A stretch of 64,000 nt of DNA, taken from NCBI GenBank assembly GCA_963727805.1, contig CAVSHF010000005.1:320001-384000 (forward strand), given 5' to 3'. A model generated the notes under the pieces. That model was not told the DNA's origin, made no database searches, and saw only the letters and a list, made by a program, of their open reading frames with translations. Shown in pieces: positions 49,827 to 59,429 of this stretch. Each line of letters begins with the position of its first letter. Position 1 is the stretch's first letter. The position numbers and the translations under genes were made by a program. The DNA comes from an uncultured Nitrospiraceae bacterium. GTDB lineage: Bacteria; Nitrospirota; Thermodesulfovibrionia; Thermodesulfovibrionales; Dissulfurispiraceae.

Positions 49827-49982
49827 GAACTTTTTTTGCAAAAAACGTTAAGGCAGTATCCAACCGATACTGCTTCAGCTCGATATTTCCGTATGCATGA
49901 TTGATTAGTAGCAATGAAGAATAGTAAATAAGTGCCTATATCGATGACTTCTTCCCGAAAGCAATACGATGATGGCTTTTCA

Positions 49983-50152
49983 TTGATAATAATTTCAACA
50001 AAAAATATCTTACCAATGACAGAAAACCGGCAGGATCGATTATAGCATGTCGAAGTCATTGCGGTAGCCATATCTAGGCGGCTGTCGAGCTTGCTACTAA
50101 AAGTTATCGACTTCATCAGTATCAATACATTGGTGATTTATGAAAATAACCT
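49983..50152 (+). repeat. Degenerate junction repeat
   Basis: TAGCATGTCGAAGTCATTGCGGTAGCCATATC (50043-50074) and its flanks align with the 43055-43200 and 38364-38472 copies. Confidence 0.78.
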
Positions 50153-50248
50153 TCATTCCCCCACGTGTTTTAAGGTTAGAGGTCGGGGGAGACCGAGATG
50201 ATTCTTAAATTGAATAATCTCGAAGTTGTTGCCTTATGACTTTCCATA

Positions 50249-50848
50249 TCAAAGGTATAGAAGCTCCACATCAAAATCTTTAAGTCCTTGCATATAGTGC
50301 TGACCTTCCCATTGATCTATCCTGCGAAAATGTCCAAATTCAGAAATACCTCTGTTGTAAATCGGGGTAAATCTAAGCAGCGACATCTTATCTTTTTTCA
50401 GGGAAACTGCGATTTCCCTGAAAATATTCTCTCTCGGCACGGCAAAAAATACCTTATGCTGACCGCAGAGAATTCTGAGTTTCTTTTGCAAGTAATAACG
50501 CACTCCCTCGCCACCTTCAATTGTCCTTTGACCGCTAGCGTTATAGAGAGAAGTATTGTCAGGTCTTCCGGGTACATCCCCTGTGACTGACTGTCCGTCG
50601 ACGTTGACGAGGAAAGAATAGATTGCCGGCTTTTTGGATTCAAGCGGGTAATATCCGGGAGGTATTGTTTTGAACTGCGCGATGAGTTCAAGGTCACAGA
50701 ATCCGGAAGACGGTGATTCACCATCTTTAACCTCGTAGAAGACATCTATGCGCTCGCTTATAGATTTAGCCTTAATTTCTCCTGATACAGCGCATCCCAA
50801 CATCGATAGATATGAAAGCGCAATTATTATCAACAGAACCTTTTTCAC
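50249..50848 (-). CDS. Hypothetical lipoprotein
   Basis: GGAGG RBS, basic N-terminus, hydrophobic core and lipobox MLGC. Confidence 0.7.
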   Translation of the reverse strand: MKKVLLIIIALSYLSMLGCAVSGEIKAKSISERIDVFYEVKDGESPSSGFCDLELIAQFKTIPPGYYPLESKKPAIYSFLVNVDGQSVTGDVPGRPDNTSLYNASGQRTIEGGEGVRYYLQKKLRILCGQHKVFFAVPRENIFREIAVSLKKDKMSLLRFTPIYNRGISEFGHFRRIDQWEGQHYMQGLKDFDVELLYL

Positions 50849-50926
50849 TTTAAATCCCTCCCTATTTACATATCTCACTATCATACAAGCTATATGCAAT
50901 ACGTGGTTACCACAACCGTGCAGCTT

Positions 50927-51793
50927 CTACCGTCTGAGAAGCCTGGTCGCAATCCAGGCTATGGCGTAAAGTCCACCAAGGAGAACGACATCCGTAGGGC
51001 CGACTGGCAAGTCATATTGGTAAGCAATCCAGAAACCGAAGAACGCGACTGCACCACCAATCAGGGAGGCCAATATAGTGAACTGATTCATATTGCGCGC
51101 AAACAGGTGTGCCATTAAAGCAGGGATCAGCAGAAATCCAAACGCAATTAATGGACCGACGCTTAACACCGCCATTGAAACAGTCAGCCCGATCAGTAAG
51201 TAAAGCAGCATGTCCCAAAAAACTACTTTCTTGCGAAGTATAACTGCCATCTCACGGTCGAACGAGACCAAGAGCAATTCCTTGTGGAACAAAGCAAGTG
51301 CTGCGATAACGATAACAAGAGTTACCGCTGTCAACAAGAGATCGAAATTGGAGATGGTAATGACTTCCCCTTTAAGCATATCGAGCCAACCGATCTCACC
51401 ATAAGGATTTTTTGACAGTAGCAAGATGCTCAATGCTGAGGCTACGACATATGCGGTGCCCAGTCGGCCTTCCGGCTGTCCACGCCCGCGCCGCTCCAGA
51501 AACGCTAGCACCAGAATGGCGGTCAAGGTGAATGTAATCGATCCGGCAAAGGCAAGTGCGTGTACGCTATGCGAACCGTGTTCGGTAAGATTGAATCCGA
51601 GCCACATAGGAAGCGAAAGCGCCACAGCAACACCTGTTGAGGAAATTTGAGGCAATGCAACGCCCATGAATACCAGCCGTCGCATCACGAGAAAGACACC
51701 AACTAGCGGGCAAGAGAAACCAATTAGCACACTCGTGTAAACCGAGTTCCGCAGTAGAAACTCGGGATTGAGAATCTGATAAAGCGTCTCCAT
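50927..51793 (-). CDS. Zn/Mn ABC transporter permease (ZnuB/MntB family)
   Basis: VG.FLV.RR..F.G.AL, SFD.E.A, VG.L...FL.IPA and DLP.GP motifs. Confidence 0.88.
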   Translation of the reverse strand: METLYQILNPEFLLRNSVYTSVLIGFSCPLVGVFLVMRRLVFMGVALPQISSTGVAVALSLPMWLGFNLTEHGSHSVHALAFAGSITFTLTAILVLAFLERRGRGQPEGRLGTAYVVASALSILLLSKNPYGEIGWLDMLKGEVITISNFDLLLTAVTLVIVIAALALFHKELLLVSFDREMAVILRKKVVFWDMLLYLLIGLTVSMAVLSVGPLIAFGFLLIPALMAHLFARNMNQFTILASLIGGAVAFFGFWIAYQYDLPVGPTDVVLLGGLYAIAWIATRLLRR

Positions 51794-51794
51794 A

Positions 51795-52508
51795 TTAGTC
51801 GATCCCCCTTTCAAACATTTCCGCCATCCGTTCGGCTGAAAGAAGTTCGCGTGCTGTGCCATAGAATACCGCGCCCTCGTGAAGCCAGATGACCTGTTCG
51901 GCGTGCTGACGCACCGCCACAAAGTCGTGCGTGACAAGCAGAACAGTGATCTTCCTTTCCTTGCGGATTTGAGAAATGAACTCCATTACTGCATGCGTCG
52001 CATTGCGGTCCACTCCAGCAGTCGGCTCGTCCAGCACCAGGATGTCGGGGCGTGTTGTCAAGGCGCGAGCGATGAGCACACGTTGCTTCTGGCCGCCGGA
52101 AAGTTCGGCAAAACGCTTGCGGGCAAACTCCTCAGCGCCCGCTGCACGAAGACATTCTCGAGTGAAAGCTCGTTCGCGTGAAGGCACAATAAGGCCGGGG
52201 CGCACGCGTCCATAGGTGCCCATGAGGGCGACCTCAAACGCTGTCAGCAGATAAACTGCATCGAATTGAACGGACTGGGGCACATAGCCGAATATGAGAG
52301 GTACACCTTTCGATGCGGTATCGATATGGCCCGCCACCGAAGGAAGCAGTCCAAGCACCGTCTTGAGTAGGGTCGATTTGCCCGAACCGTTTGCTCCAAG
52401 AATGGCGGTGAAACTTCCACGGGCAATAGAGAGCGAGATGCCTGAAAGCACAGATTGATTGTTGTAGCCGATACTGAGGTTGTCCAGTGTGATAAGTGTT
52501 TTGTCCAT
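51795..52508 (-). CDS. Zn/Mn ABC transporter ATPase (ZnuC family); start uncertain
   Basis: GANGSGKS, GYVPQ, LSGGQKQR and LDEPTAGVD motifs. Confidence 0.9.
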   Translation of the reverse strand: MDKTLITLDNLSIGYNNQSVLSGISLSIARGSFTAILGANGSGKSTLLKTVLGLLPSVAGHIDTASKGVPLIFGYVPQSVQFDAVYLLTAFEVALMGTYGRVRPGLIVPSRERAFTRECLRAAGAEEFARKRFAELSGGQKQRVLIARALTTRPDILVLDEPTAGVDRNATHAVMEFISQIRKERKITVLLVTHDFVAVRQHAEQVIWLHEGAVFYGTARELLSAERMAEMFERGID

Positions 52509-52559
52509 GGTCTGTTGTGTGTCCGCTCGCATATTCAGGCGGACACACACTCCTTATCT

Positions 52560-53492
52560 TTATTTCCTTGATTGGACGGCAGTAACCATCGTGTGAATAA
52601 TATAGTCCATCATCTTGATGTACGTTTCCGTATTCGGCACGCCGCCCGGCATGATTGGCAACGTTATCATGGTAGCACCGGTCTGTTCAGCGATCCGTTT
52701 GGGAACTTTTTCGGGGAACTGTGGCTCGCGCACCACGATGGGAACATGCTGTGCCTTCATTGAGGCGACAAGCTCCTCGATATGACGTGCCGTCGGATCG
52801 ATGCCAGGCCTCAATTCAATAGTACCGAAATAGTCTATGCCGAAACGCGCCGCAAAATATGGCCAATGCTCATGATAGGATACGAACTTCACCCCCTTGA
52901 GCGCTTTCATTTCTTTTTCCCACTCGGCGATCTTGGAATTGAGCTTTGCGAGGTAAGCATCGCGATTATGCTTGAATTGAGCCTTGTACTGCGGCGCGAA
53001 TTCCACAAGCGCGTTATAAATATTCTCGATTGCGATCTTGGCCGACACAGGATCAAGCGTATAGTGCGGATTGCCGTACGGATGCACATCGCCTGCGGAA
53101 TGCCCGGTTGTTTTGGGAACATCGCGTGGAACGATACCTTGCGAACAGTCCACGTAGCCGGCCCTACCATATTGAATTCGTGGATTCTTGCTAGCCTCCA
53201 GCAAAGCGGGCAGAAAGGCGTGTTCACAATCAAACCCTACCAGTACCATCAGGTCTGCCCGGTTCATTATCGGTACAAAGCTTGGTTTCATCGGCACCCC
53301 GTGGGTGTCTTCCACGCCTGTGGCCAGGCTGTGGACCTCGACCAACTCCCCACCTACTGCCCGCGAAAAATCTGCCAGGTCGGTAAGTGTTGTTACAACA
53401 CTGATTTTAGCCGCATAAGCCGGTATCACGCCCATGCAAAATACCCCGACCAGCAAGATGATCGAGCACAAACAAAACAGTTTCAATTTCAT
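52560..53492 (-). CDS. Zn/Mn ABC substrate-binding protein (ZnuA/TroA family)
   Basis: EDTH, DVHPYGNPHY.LDP and YHE motifs; signal peptide AYA; GGAGG RBS. Confidence 0.9.
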   Translation of the reverse strand: MKLKLFCLCSIILLVGVFCMGVIPAYAAKISVVTTLTDLADFSRAVGGELVEVHSLATGVEDTHGVPMKPSFVPIMNRADLMVLVGFDCEHAFLPALLEASKNPRIQYGRAGYVDCSQGIVPRDVPKTTGHSAGDVHPYGNPHYTLDPVSAKIAIENIYNALVEFAPQYKAQFKHNRDAYLAKLNSKIAEWEKEMKALKGVKFVSYHEHWPYFAARFGIDYFGTIELRPGIDPTARHIEELVASMKAQHVPIVVREPQFPEKVPKRIAEQTGATMITLPIMPGGVPNTETYIKMMDYIIHTMVTAVQSRK

Positions 53493-53515
53493 GTTGATAT
53501 TCCTCCGTTCCATAC

Positions 53516-54964
53516 TCAGCGTTGCTGCCAACCATGCGAGTGCGAGCCGATGATCCACGCCCATTGCACATAAACTGCATGATCGGGACTCAGACCGGAT
53601 GCAGCGTTATGGTCGGTGTACGTATATTGAAGGCGCAGCTGGTTCCAGTGGCTAAGAGCCCAAGTGACATAAGGAGAGTACTCGTAAGTCTGGGCTTTGT
53701 TGTCCTGGGCATCCTCCACAAAACCATATAGGAACCCGGCTGACCACTGCCTGTGGAACTTGTAAGTGAGGTATGAATACAGGCCAAGTGAGCCGACAGA
53801 TCGGTTGAACATCGTGCTGTCCGTGGAAATGACGTCATAGCGGTTGTTGCTGTGAAGCACTTCAGTGCCCCAGGTAAGGCTCTGGAACTGATTGTTACGG
53901 AGTGGCTTCCAGCTTAGCGCAAAGTCTGCTCCCACCAAGCGTCGCTCACGCTCTGTGAGCGTGCTGCCATCGGGTTGCGTAAGCTGGCCATCGCGGTCAA
54001 TCGTCTTGGGATTCCACAGGCCTGAAATTCCTGGTTCGAATGAGATATCAGGTGTTAAGTCGAAATATGATGACAGGCGGCCCCAGTAGTTCCACCCACC
54101 TAAGTGACGGAAATCGCCGACATTATTCGGAGGCACATCTCCACCGAACTGGTTGCCCGCGCCCACAGTCAGGCTAACATAATGCTCGATGGGCACTAGC
54201 CAGTTGACCTGTATCCCATCAGTCCTGGATTCGCCGCCGATGTATTGGTTGAGCACTAGCGGTCGATTCACGAAAGGCAGCTCATGATCGTGGATATAGG
54301 CCAGTCGGCCGAACTCGCCAAAGAAACGGCCTGCCTTCACAGTCAGATTCCAGGGCAGCGACTCTGTCTGGATAGCTGCTTCTTCGATATTAAAAGTCGA
54401 TTCGCCGGTGTGGGCATCGACTGTTGCGTTGGCCACCACGTATGCTTTGGCGAACGGGTCAACAGACGCTGCTGCGTTTAGTTCCACTGAACGTTGAAAT
54501 GCATCAAATCCGCCGGGTCGGTCGCTGCCCGTCCGCGCTGATCCTTTGCTGCGATAGGAAAAGATTGTCTCACCTACGAGTCCGATGGAAGGATTGAACT
54601 CACTTGGCAAAACTTTTCTTTGCGCTTCTACTACCTGACCTACCTGCTCCTTCAACTCTTGAACCTGCTGCTTGATGTGTCCGGTCTCTGTCGGCTGATT
54701 GGCAACGGAACTCTCGGACGAAACAGAGGGTTGAGCCTGTTTGACTTCAGCTTTCAAGTCGTCAATCAACTTCCGTTGCTCAACGATAGTTTGATCTTGT
54801 TTGTTTAGGGTTTCCTGAAGAGATCTTAGTTCCTGGATCGTCTGCTCCTGCTTCTTAAGAGTATCCTCAAGAGTCCTTACTCGATCTTCCAGGGTTTCCG
54901 CAAATACGCCTGTCGAAAATGACAACATAAATATTAGCGTGATAAACGCGATCATGATTTTCAT
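53516..54964 (-). CDS. Outer-membrane beta-barrel protein with an N-terminal coiled coil, putative metal-uptake porin
   Basis: Signal peptide, coiled coil, FNPSI, IEEA, KAGRF...FG...H.H and C-terminal IG.H.H. Confidence 0.75.
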   Translation of the reverse strand: MKIMIAFITLIFMLSFSTGVFAETLEDRVRTLEDTLKKQEQTIQELRSLQETLNKQDQTIVEQRKLIDDLKAEVKQAQPSVSSESSVANQPTETGHIKQQVQELKEQVGQVVEAQRKVLPSEFNPSIGLVGETIFSYRSKGSARTGSDRPGGFDAFQRSVELNAAASVDPFAKAYVVANATVDAHTGESTFNIEEAAIQTESLPWNLTVKAGRFFGEFGRLAYIHDHELPFVNRPLVLNQYIGGESRTDGIQVNWLVPIEHYVSLTVGAGNQFGGDVPPNNVGDFRHLGGWNYWGRLSSYFDLTPDISFEPGISGLWNPKTIDRDGQLTQPDGSTLTERERRLVGADFALSWKPLRNNQFQSLTWGTEVLHSNNRYDVISTDSTMFNRSVGSLGLYSYLTYKFHRQWSAGFLYGFVEDAQDNKAQTYEYSPYVTWALSHWNQLRLQYTYTDHNAASGLSPDHAVYVQWAWIIGSHSHGWQQR

Positions 54965-55064
54965 GATGGTTCCTCCACATTTCAGTTCTTCCGACGCAAA
55001 TACACGCGCAAGACAGTTCGCACATGACGCGTGTCAATTGAATTGAATTATGTCTTAGAAGAAG

Positions 55065-55343
55065 TTAAGCAGGAGGTGGAGCGCGGCCGTATAGAGGTGA
55101 GTTAAATAATGCAGTAAAGGGAAATACCTTTGCTGATACGATCAACTCCGAAATGGCGTAGTTGATGTTGAAAGATATCGTATTGATGCTGGTTGAATGC
55201 GCGACATGAGCAGCTATACAGATTGGACAATCGGGATGATCGTCGCCATCGTCGTGATGATGGAAGGCTATTACAAAAAAACTAGCAAGGAGAAGCAACA
55301 CTAATATAAGTGATAACTTTCTCCTCTTTCCATTGAGACGCAT
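55065..55343 (-). CDS. DUF2946-like metal-sensing leader protein (His-rich, CxxC, C-terminal RAPP)
   Basis: Signal/TM segment, HHHDDGDDHPDCPIC, ends GRAPPPA; first gene of the metal-uptake operon. Confidence 0.8.
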   Translation of the reverse strand: MRLNGKRRKLSLILVLLLLASFFVIAFHHHDDGDDHPDCPICIAAHVAHSTSINTISFNINYAISELIVSAKVFPFTALFNSPLYGRAPPPA

Positions 55344-55603
55344 TGTTTTTATTCCCTTGACGATCCCCAGTTTGATGTTTCTATTATCGGTATGTTTTAT
55401 CTATGTTGTCAAATATGGCCGAGCAGATTATACTCACCTATGTCATATCAAGGATGCCTGCAGCACGAAATTGACAACCTGCGAATCGCTGCCAAGAAGA
55501 TGCTTATGCCTTTTCCCTCGGTCTCTGCCACAGGCGTGCCCGTGAGGCAGTCTGATAAGCGGTAACGCAAGCTAAAAAGAGCGCCACTACTGTCCTTAGA
55601 TAC

Positions 55604-55951
55604 ATGGTATGCGTAATATTTCAGTGGAAAGTCGGGCCGCCTATGCTCTTTGGGAATAGGTCATCAACAAATAAATGTATCAGGCCCAGAACGCCGACGG
55701 TTTTCCCTGATCTGAATTATCCAGCTTTTGCAAAGCGAACTGGCATGCAAGGCACAGTCATTCTGAAGGTGCTGGTAAGCCGGGACGGAACTGCACTTAA
55801 AGTGGCGATAGCTCAGTCTTCCGGTCATGACATCCTGGATAAATCTGCTATTGATGCAGTTAACCAATGGCGTTTTGTGCTAGCCCGTGCAGGAGATTCT
55901 ACTGTCGAGGAATGGGTACAAGTGCCTGTGTCATTTCGGTTGAATAAATGA
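55604..55951 (+). pseudogene. Remnant of tonB (C-terminal domain only)
   Basis: YPAFAKR.G.QGTV.LKVLVS...SSGHD.LD closely parallels 60957-61664; no TM anchor or Pro-rich spacer. Confidence 0.75.
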
Positions 55952-56271
55952 ATAAGAAAGCAAATGCCTGAGACATGGTTATGTTCTTCTCCGCCAATAC
56001 AGGTACATCGACGGAGGCGAGAATAACCGCGATAGAATTCGGAATCTAAGCCAAGATTGCTTTAACCCCTTTAGGGAATGTGTAATCTGTTTGTATGCTC
56101 AATTCCACGTAATCCACTGGGTAGCTATTGTTACATTTTACACAGGTTGATCTCATATTTATTTCACTGAGAATGCCTTTAAAAGAACAATAATAAGCGT
56201 ATACTCATATAATAGAACTCTTTAATAATCCGGCAATCATGATACCGCCGTAAACCAAGGGGGGACATGAA

Positions 56272-57132
56272 ATGACAAGGATAATAGCGACGAGAGTGCT
56301 GCCAATATTTGTTCTGTTGATTTTGTTTTTTCCTAGTGAGGCACGCTGTCATGAAGGGACGCCTTCCGATGCAGCGGGCATAGCAGAAAAGACTGGGCAG
56401 GGTGTTCCGCTGGACCTGACTTTTGTCGATGAAGATGGCGTTGAGGTGAAGCTGAAAGATTTGGTTAATAAACCCACCATTCTGACGCTAGTTTATTATT
56501 CGTGCAGCGGGGTCTGTCCACAGATGCTGGGAGCTCTTGCTTCCGCCTTGGGAGGGGTGAAGCTTGAACCGGGAAAAGATTATGAAGTGGTGACTATCAG
56601 CTTTGACAAAGACGATACCCCTGCCATAGCAAAAGAAAAGAAGGTCAATTATATCAGGGCTGTCGGCACGTCATTCCCGGCCGACGCCTGGAAATTTCTG
56701 ACGGGCGGAGAAGAAAGCATAGGTCTGATAACGAAAGCTGTGGGATTTAGTTTTCAGAAGGAGTCGAGTATTGGAACGGTCGGATTCGGCTCACGCAAAG
56801 AGTCCAAAGGGTTTATCCATCCTACAGCGCTGATATTCCTGGCACCTGACGGCAAGGTCATGAAATATATGTATCTTGAACAATCTCATTATGGGACGCT
56901 GTCATCGCTGTCATTTTCATCCTCAGAAGTTACAGTAGCGCTCATCGATGCGGCAAAGGGTAAAGTGCGGGCCGGATCAAACAATCCCATGCGTCTCTGT
57001 TTCCCAGGAATATCAGAGCAGCAGGAGCAATTCTATACACTTATGGCAATCATCGGCACAGCCACCCTTCTGTGTGTAACGGCCTTTTTCATTTACCTAA
57101 TAAAGACGGGGAAACAGTCCGGTCGAGGTTAA
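56272..57132 (+). CDS. SCO1/SenC-family copper chaperone with a C-terminal TM segment
   Basis: YYSCSGVCP (CxxxC), W.FLTG and conserved His (FIHP). Confidence 0.88.
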   Translation: MTRIIATRVLPIFVLLILFFPSEARCHEGTPSDAAGIAEKTGQGVPLDLTFVDEDGVEVKLKDLVNKPTILTLVYYSCSGVCPQMLGALASALGGVKLEPGKDYEVVTISFDKDDTPAIAKEKKVNYIRAVGTSFPADAWKFLTGGEESIGLITKAVGFSFQKESSIGTVGFGSRKESKGFIHPTALIFLAPDGKVMKYMYLEQSHYGTLSSLSFSSSEVTVALIDAAKGKVRAGSNNPMRLCFPGISEQQEQFYTLMAIIGTATLLCVTAFFIYLIKTGKQSGRG

Positions 57133-57218
57133 AAGTAAGGCGAACCATAACCTGTGCTGGCCAAAGCTCAGCCGCTTCTATCATTTTTTACCGACTTACA
57201 ATATGTACAACGCTCTTA

Positions 57219-57608
57219 TTATTTACGATAGCTGCAAGCGTCCTCGCAATGTTTGCACGTATACCCCGATTCCATACAAACATTGAAACATTTGATATCC
57301 TCATATTGTTGACACTGTTGAGGCTGTCCCTTGTTACTGTCTCTATCACCCATGTCAGATTTGCAATGATCCTTACAGCACTTTTGGGTATTGCATTCCT
57401 TGCAGCACTCCATGCCACAGGATGCTGATATGGCACTAGGAGTCAACGTCACAAAGGCAAGTAAAACAAATATCAGTAGAAACATGGGTATAATTGGCAG
57501 GGGATCTTGCCTGATTGTTATTTTACGGTGGATCTTCGGTCCTTTTTTACAGTCTTCAGAATAGTCCGGTTCATATGCCGATGCGGTTGTGAAGAGATAA
57601 TTGTTCAT
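57219..57608 (-). CDS. Exported or membrane-anchored Cys-rich protein
   Basis: GGAG RBS; hydrophobic segment followed by 13 Cys in about 67 aa. Confidence 0.6.
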   Translation of the reverse strand: MNNYLFTTASAYEPDYSEDCKKGPKIHRKITIRQDPLPIIPMFLLIFVLLAFVTLTPSAISASCGMECCKECNTQKCCKDHCKSDMGDRDSNKGQPQQCQQYEDIKCFNVCMESGYTCKHCEDACSYRK

Positions 57609-57823
57609 GATGTTCTCCAGTCGTTGCTATGCTAACAATATCATTGTGTTTTGTGTGTTGGCCGGGTCGGGCTGACCCGAATGAGCCGTAAATACAGCAA
57701 AGAGGGAAAGCACGACTCATATGATTAATACAATAGTTCTCATGGCAGAGACCTCATTCCAATAGATATCGGATGTTCTAAAAAAATATTCCTTATCAGC
57801 AGCTAGACTATGCTGATAAACAG

Positions 57824-57853
57824 TCAGGGCAGGAACATTAAGTCCTGCCCTGA
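57824..57853 (-). terminator. Hairpin downstream of the Met/His-rich gene
   Basis: Perfect 11-bp stem TCAGGGCAGGA/TCCTGCCCTGA; a second dyad TTATCAGCA/TGCTGATAA at 57793-57819. Confidence 0.65.
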
Positions 57854-57862
57854 GGAATCAGA

Positions 57863-58612
57863 CTATTTGGAACCCGCTGAAGGCATCTTGGCAAGTAAGT
57901 CGATGACCTTCATGGCAGCTTCGCCATGCTGATGAGACATCGCCATCATTGGGTTGTCCATCGTCATGCCCTTTGCATGCATGTCCATCATCTCTTTGCC
58001 GCCCATTATGTCGGCTACCATGGGTTTGGCATCTTTCAGCATATCTTTCCCGTGCTCCACGGTCATTTTGTCGATGGCACCTGCCATGCCCATATCGCCA
58101 AGCATTACCATATTAGCTCCTTCGGCAGCCATTTGCAAGGCGTGGTTGATCATCATATGCATGTGGTGCATTGTCATCATATCAGGAGCGGACATGTCCT
58201 CCATGGACATCTTTTCGAGTATGTCAGCGACTTTTAGCATGGATTCGCCCAGTTGATGAGTATAGTCCATCAGTGGGTCCTTGGCAGGCTTCTTCATCAT
58301 GGCTGTCATCTCCGGGCCATTTAGGGCACTAGTGATCAATTCCTTGCCTTCTTTCATCATATGGTGTCCGTGATGGAGCATCTTTTCATCAACTCCCGGC
58401 GCCATTTTCATCTGCGCAAGCATTGCCATATTCGAACCTTCGGCTATCATCGACATGCCGTGATTCATCAGCATATGGAAGTGATGCATGTGCATAGAGG
58501 CATCATGGCCCTTGTGCTTCATCTCTTCAGCATTTGCAGAACCAAACATAGCAAAAGACAAGATAACTGCTAATACAATTATCTTGTTAAGCCCTTTCAT
58601 CATACCTTTCAT
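57863..58612 (-). CDS. Periplasmic Met/His-rich two-repeat protein, putative Cu/Ag-binding
   Basis: Signal peptide ANA-EE; about 51 Met, about 20 His and no Cys in 249 aa; AAGGAGG RBS. Confidence 0.85.
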   Translation of the reverse strand: MKGMMKGLNKIIVLAVILSFAMFGSANAEEMKHKGHDASMHMHHFHMLMNHGMSMIAEGSNMAMLAQMKMAPGVDEKMLHHGHHMMKEGKELITSALNGPEMTAMMKKPAKDPLMDYTHQLGESMLKVADILEKMSMEDMSAPDMMTMHHMHMMINHALQMAAEGANMVMLGDMGMAGAIDKMTVEHGKDMLKDAKPMVADIMGGKEMMDMHAKGMTMDNPMMAMSHQHGEAAMKVIDLLAKMPSAGSK

Positions 58613-58803
58613 AAATAATCCTCCTTTTTGTCGGTCTAAACCGACTTTCGGTTATCTTAAAGATAACGTGTAGCCATATAAAATATAGCTATGATCGATC
58701 CGTCAAACAACTTCACCGTAAGTTTATGCAAATCGCCTGTCACCATTACGTCCGCAGTGGTGGAAGAAATCACTGGATTATGTTCATCCAGTGACATGTC
58801 TGC

Positions 58804-59232
58804 CTATCCACTACTGACCGGGAAGGCAAAGGTGACATTGTCCTCTGCATTGTCCTTTTTAATCTTCAGCCTCATCTCCCAGCGTCCTTCCATCACGCTA
58901 TATGCCGTCCCGCATTCCTTACAAGTAAAATGACCGCTACTAAAGGTGAAGCCAACCTTGGATTTACAGCTCACACATTTATCAAGAAAAGAAAGGACTT
59001 CGTTGTCGATTTTTATGACAAAGAAATTTATGTTCTCGTTCCCGGAATCATAAGTAAAGAATTGGGGAACATCGGGCTTCAGGCTTAGAACATCGATGTT
59101 CACCTCTTCGCCTGATACCGGCGCTTTTGAATAAATAGTATGCTTAGAGCAGGCAGCAAGAAGCATTATACAAAGCATCGCAAGATAGGGTATTCCTTTA
59201 GCGAAGTCAAGACTTCTACTAGTCCACATCAT
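58804..59232 (-). pseudogene. DUF2318-like Fe-S lipoprotein, probably chimeric or deleted at the C-terminus
   Basis: Lipobox LAAC, INFFVIK and LDKCVSC...CKECG..Y motifs, then an unrelated tail lacking the expected GC.P motif. Confidence 0.55.
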
Positions 59233-59429
59233 CCTATAATAAACGATTGTCTTTTCAACAGTCCACCGACAAGTCTATGTTCCCGAGATGTTAGAGATTC
59301 TATCATTTGCAATATAGTACGTACGAGGCTAGCGACTTCAATCGGATCCCGCTATCTGTATATCTGGACTTGTAACGGCAATAAACTGTCGCCTACAGTG
59401 ACGCACCGTTTACTTCTTGATTATTATGA

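Noticed and set aside
49983..49998. TTGATAATAATTTCAA as a third Fur box
   Set aside because: Falls at the GATGATT-like position of a junction-repeat copy and is not positioned at a promoter.
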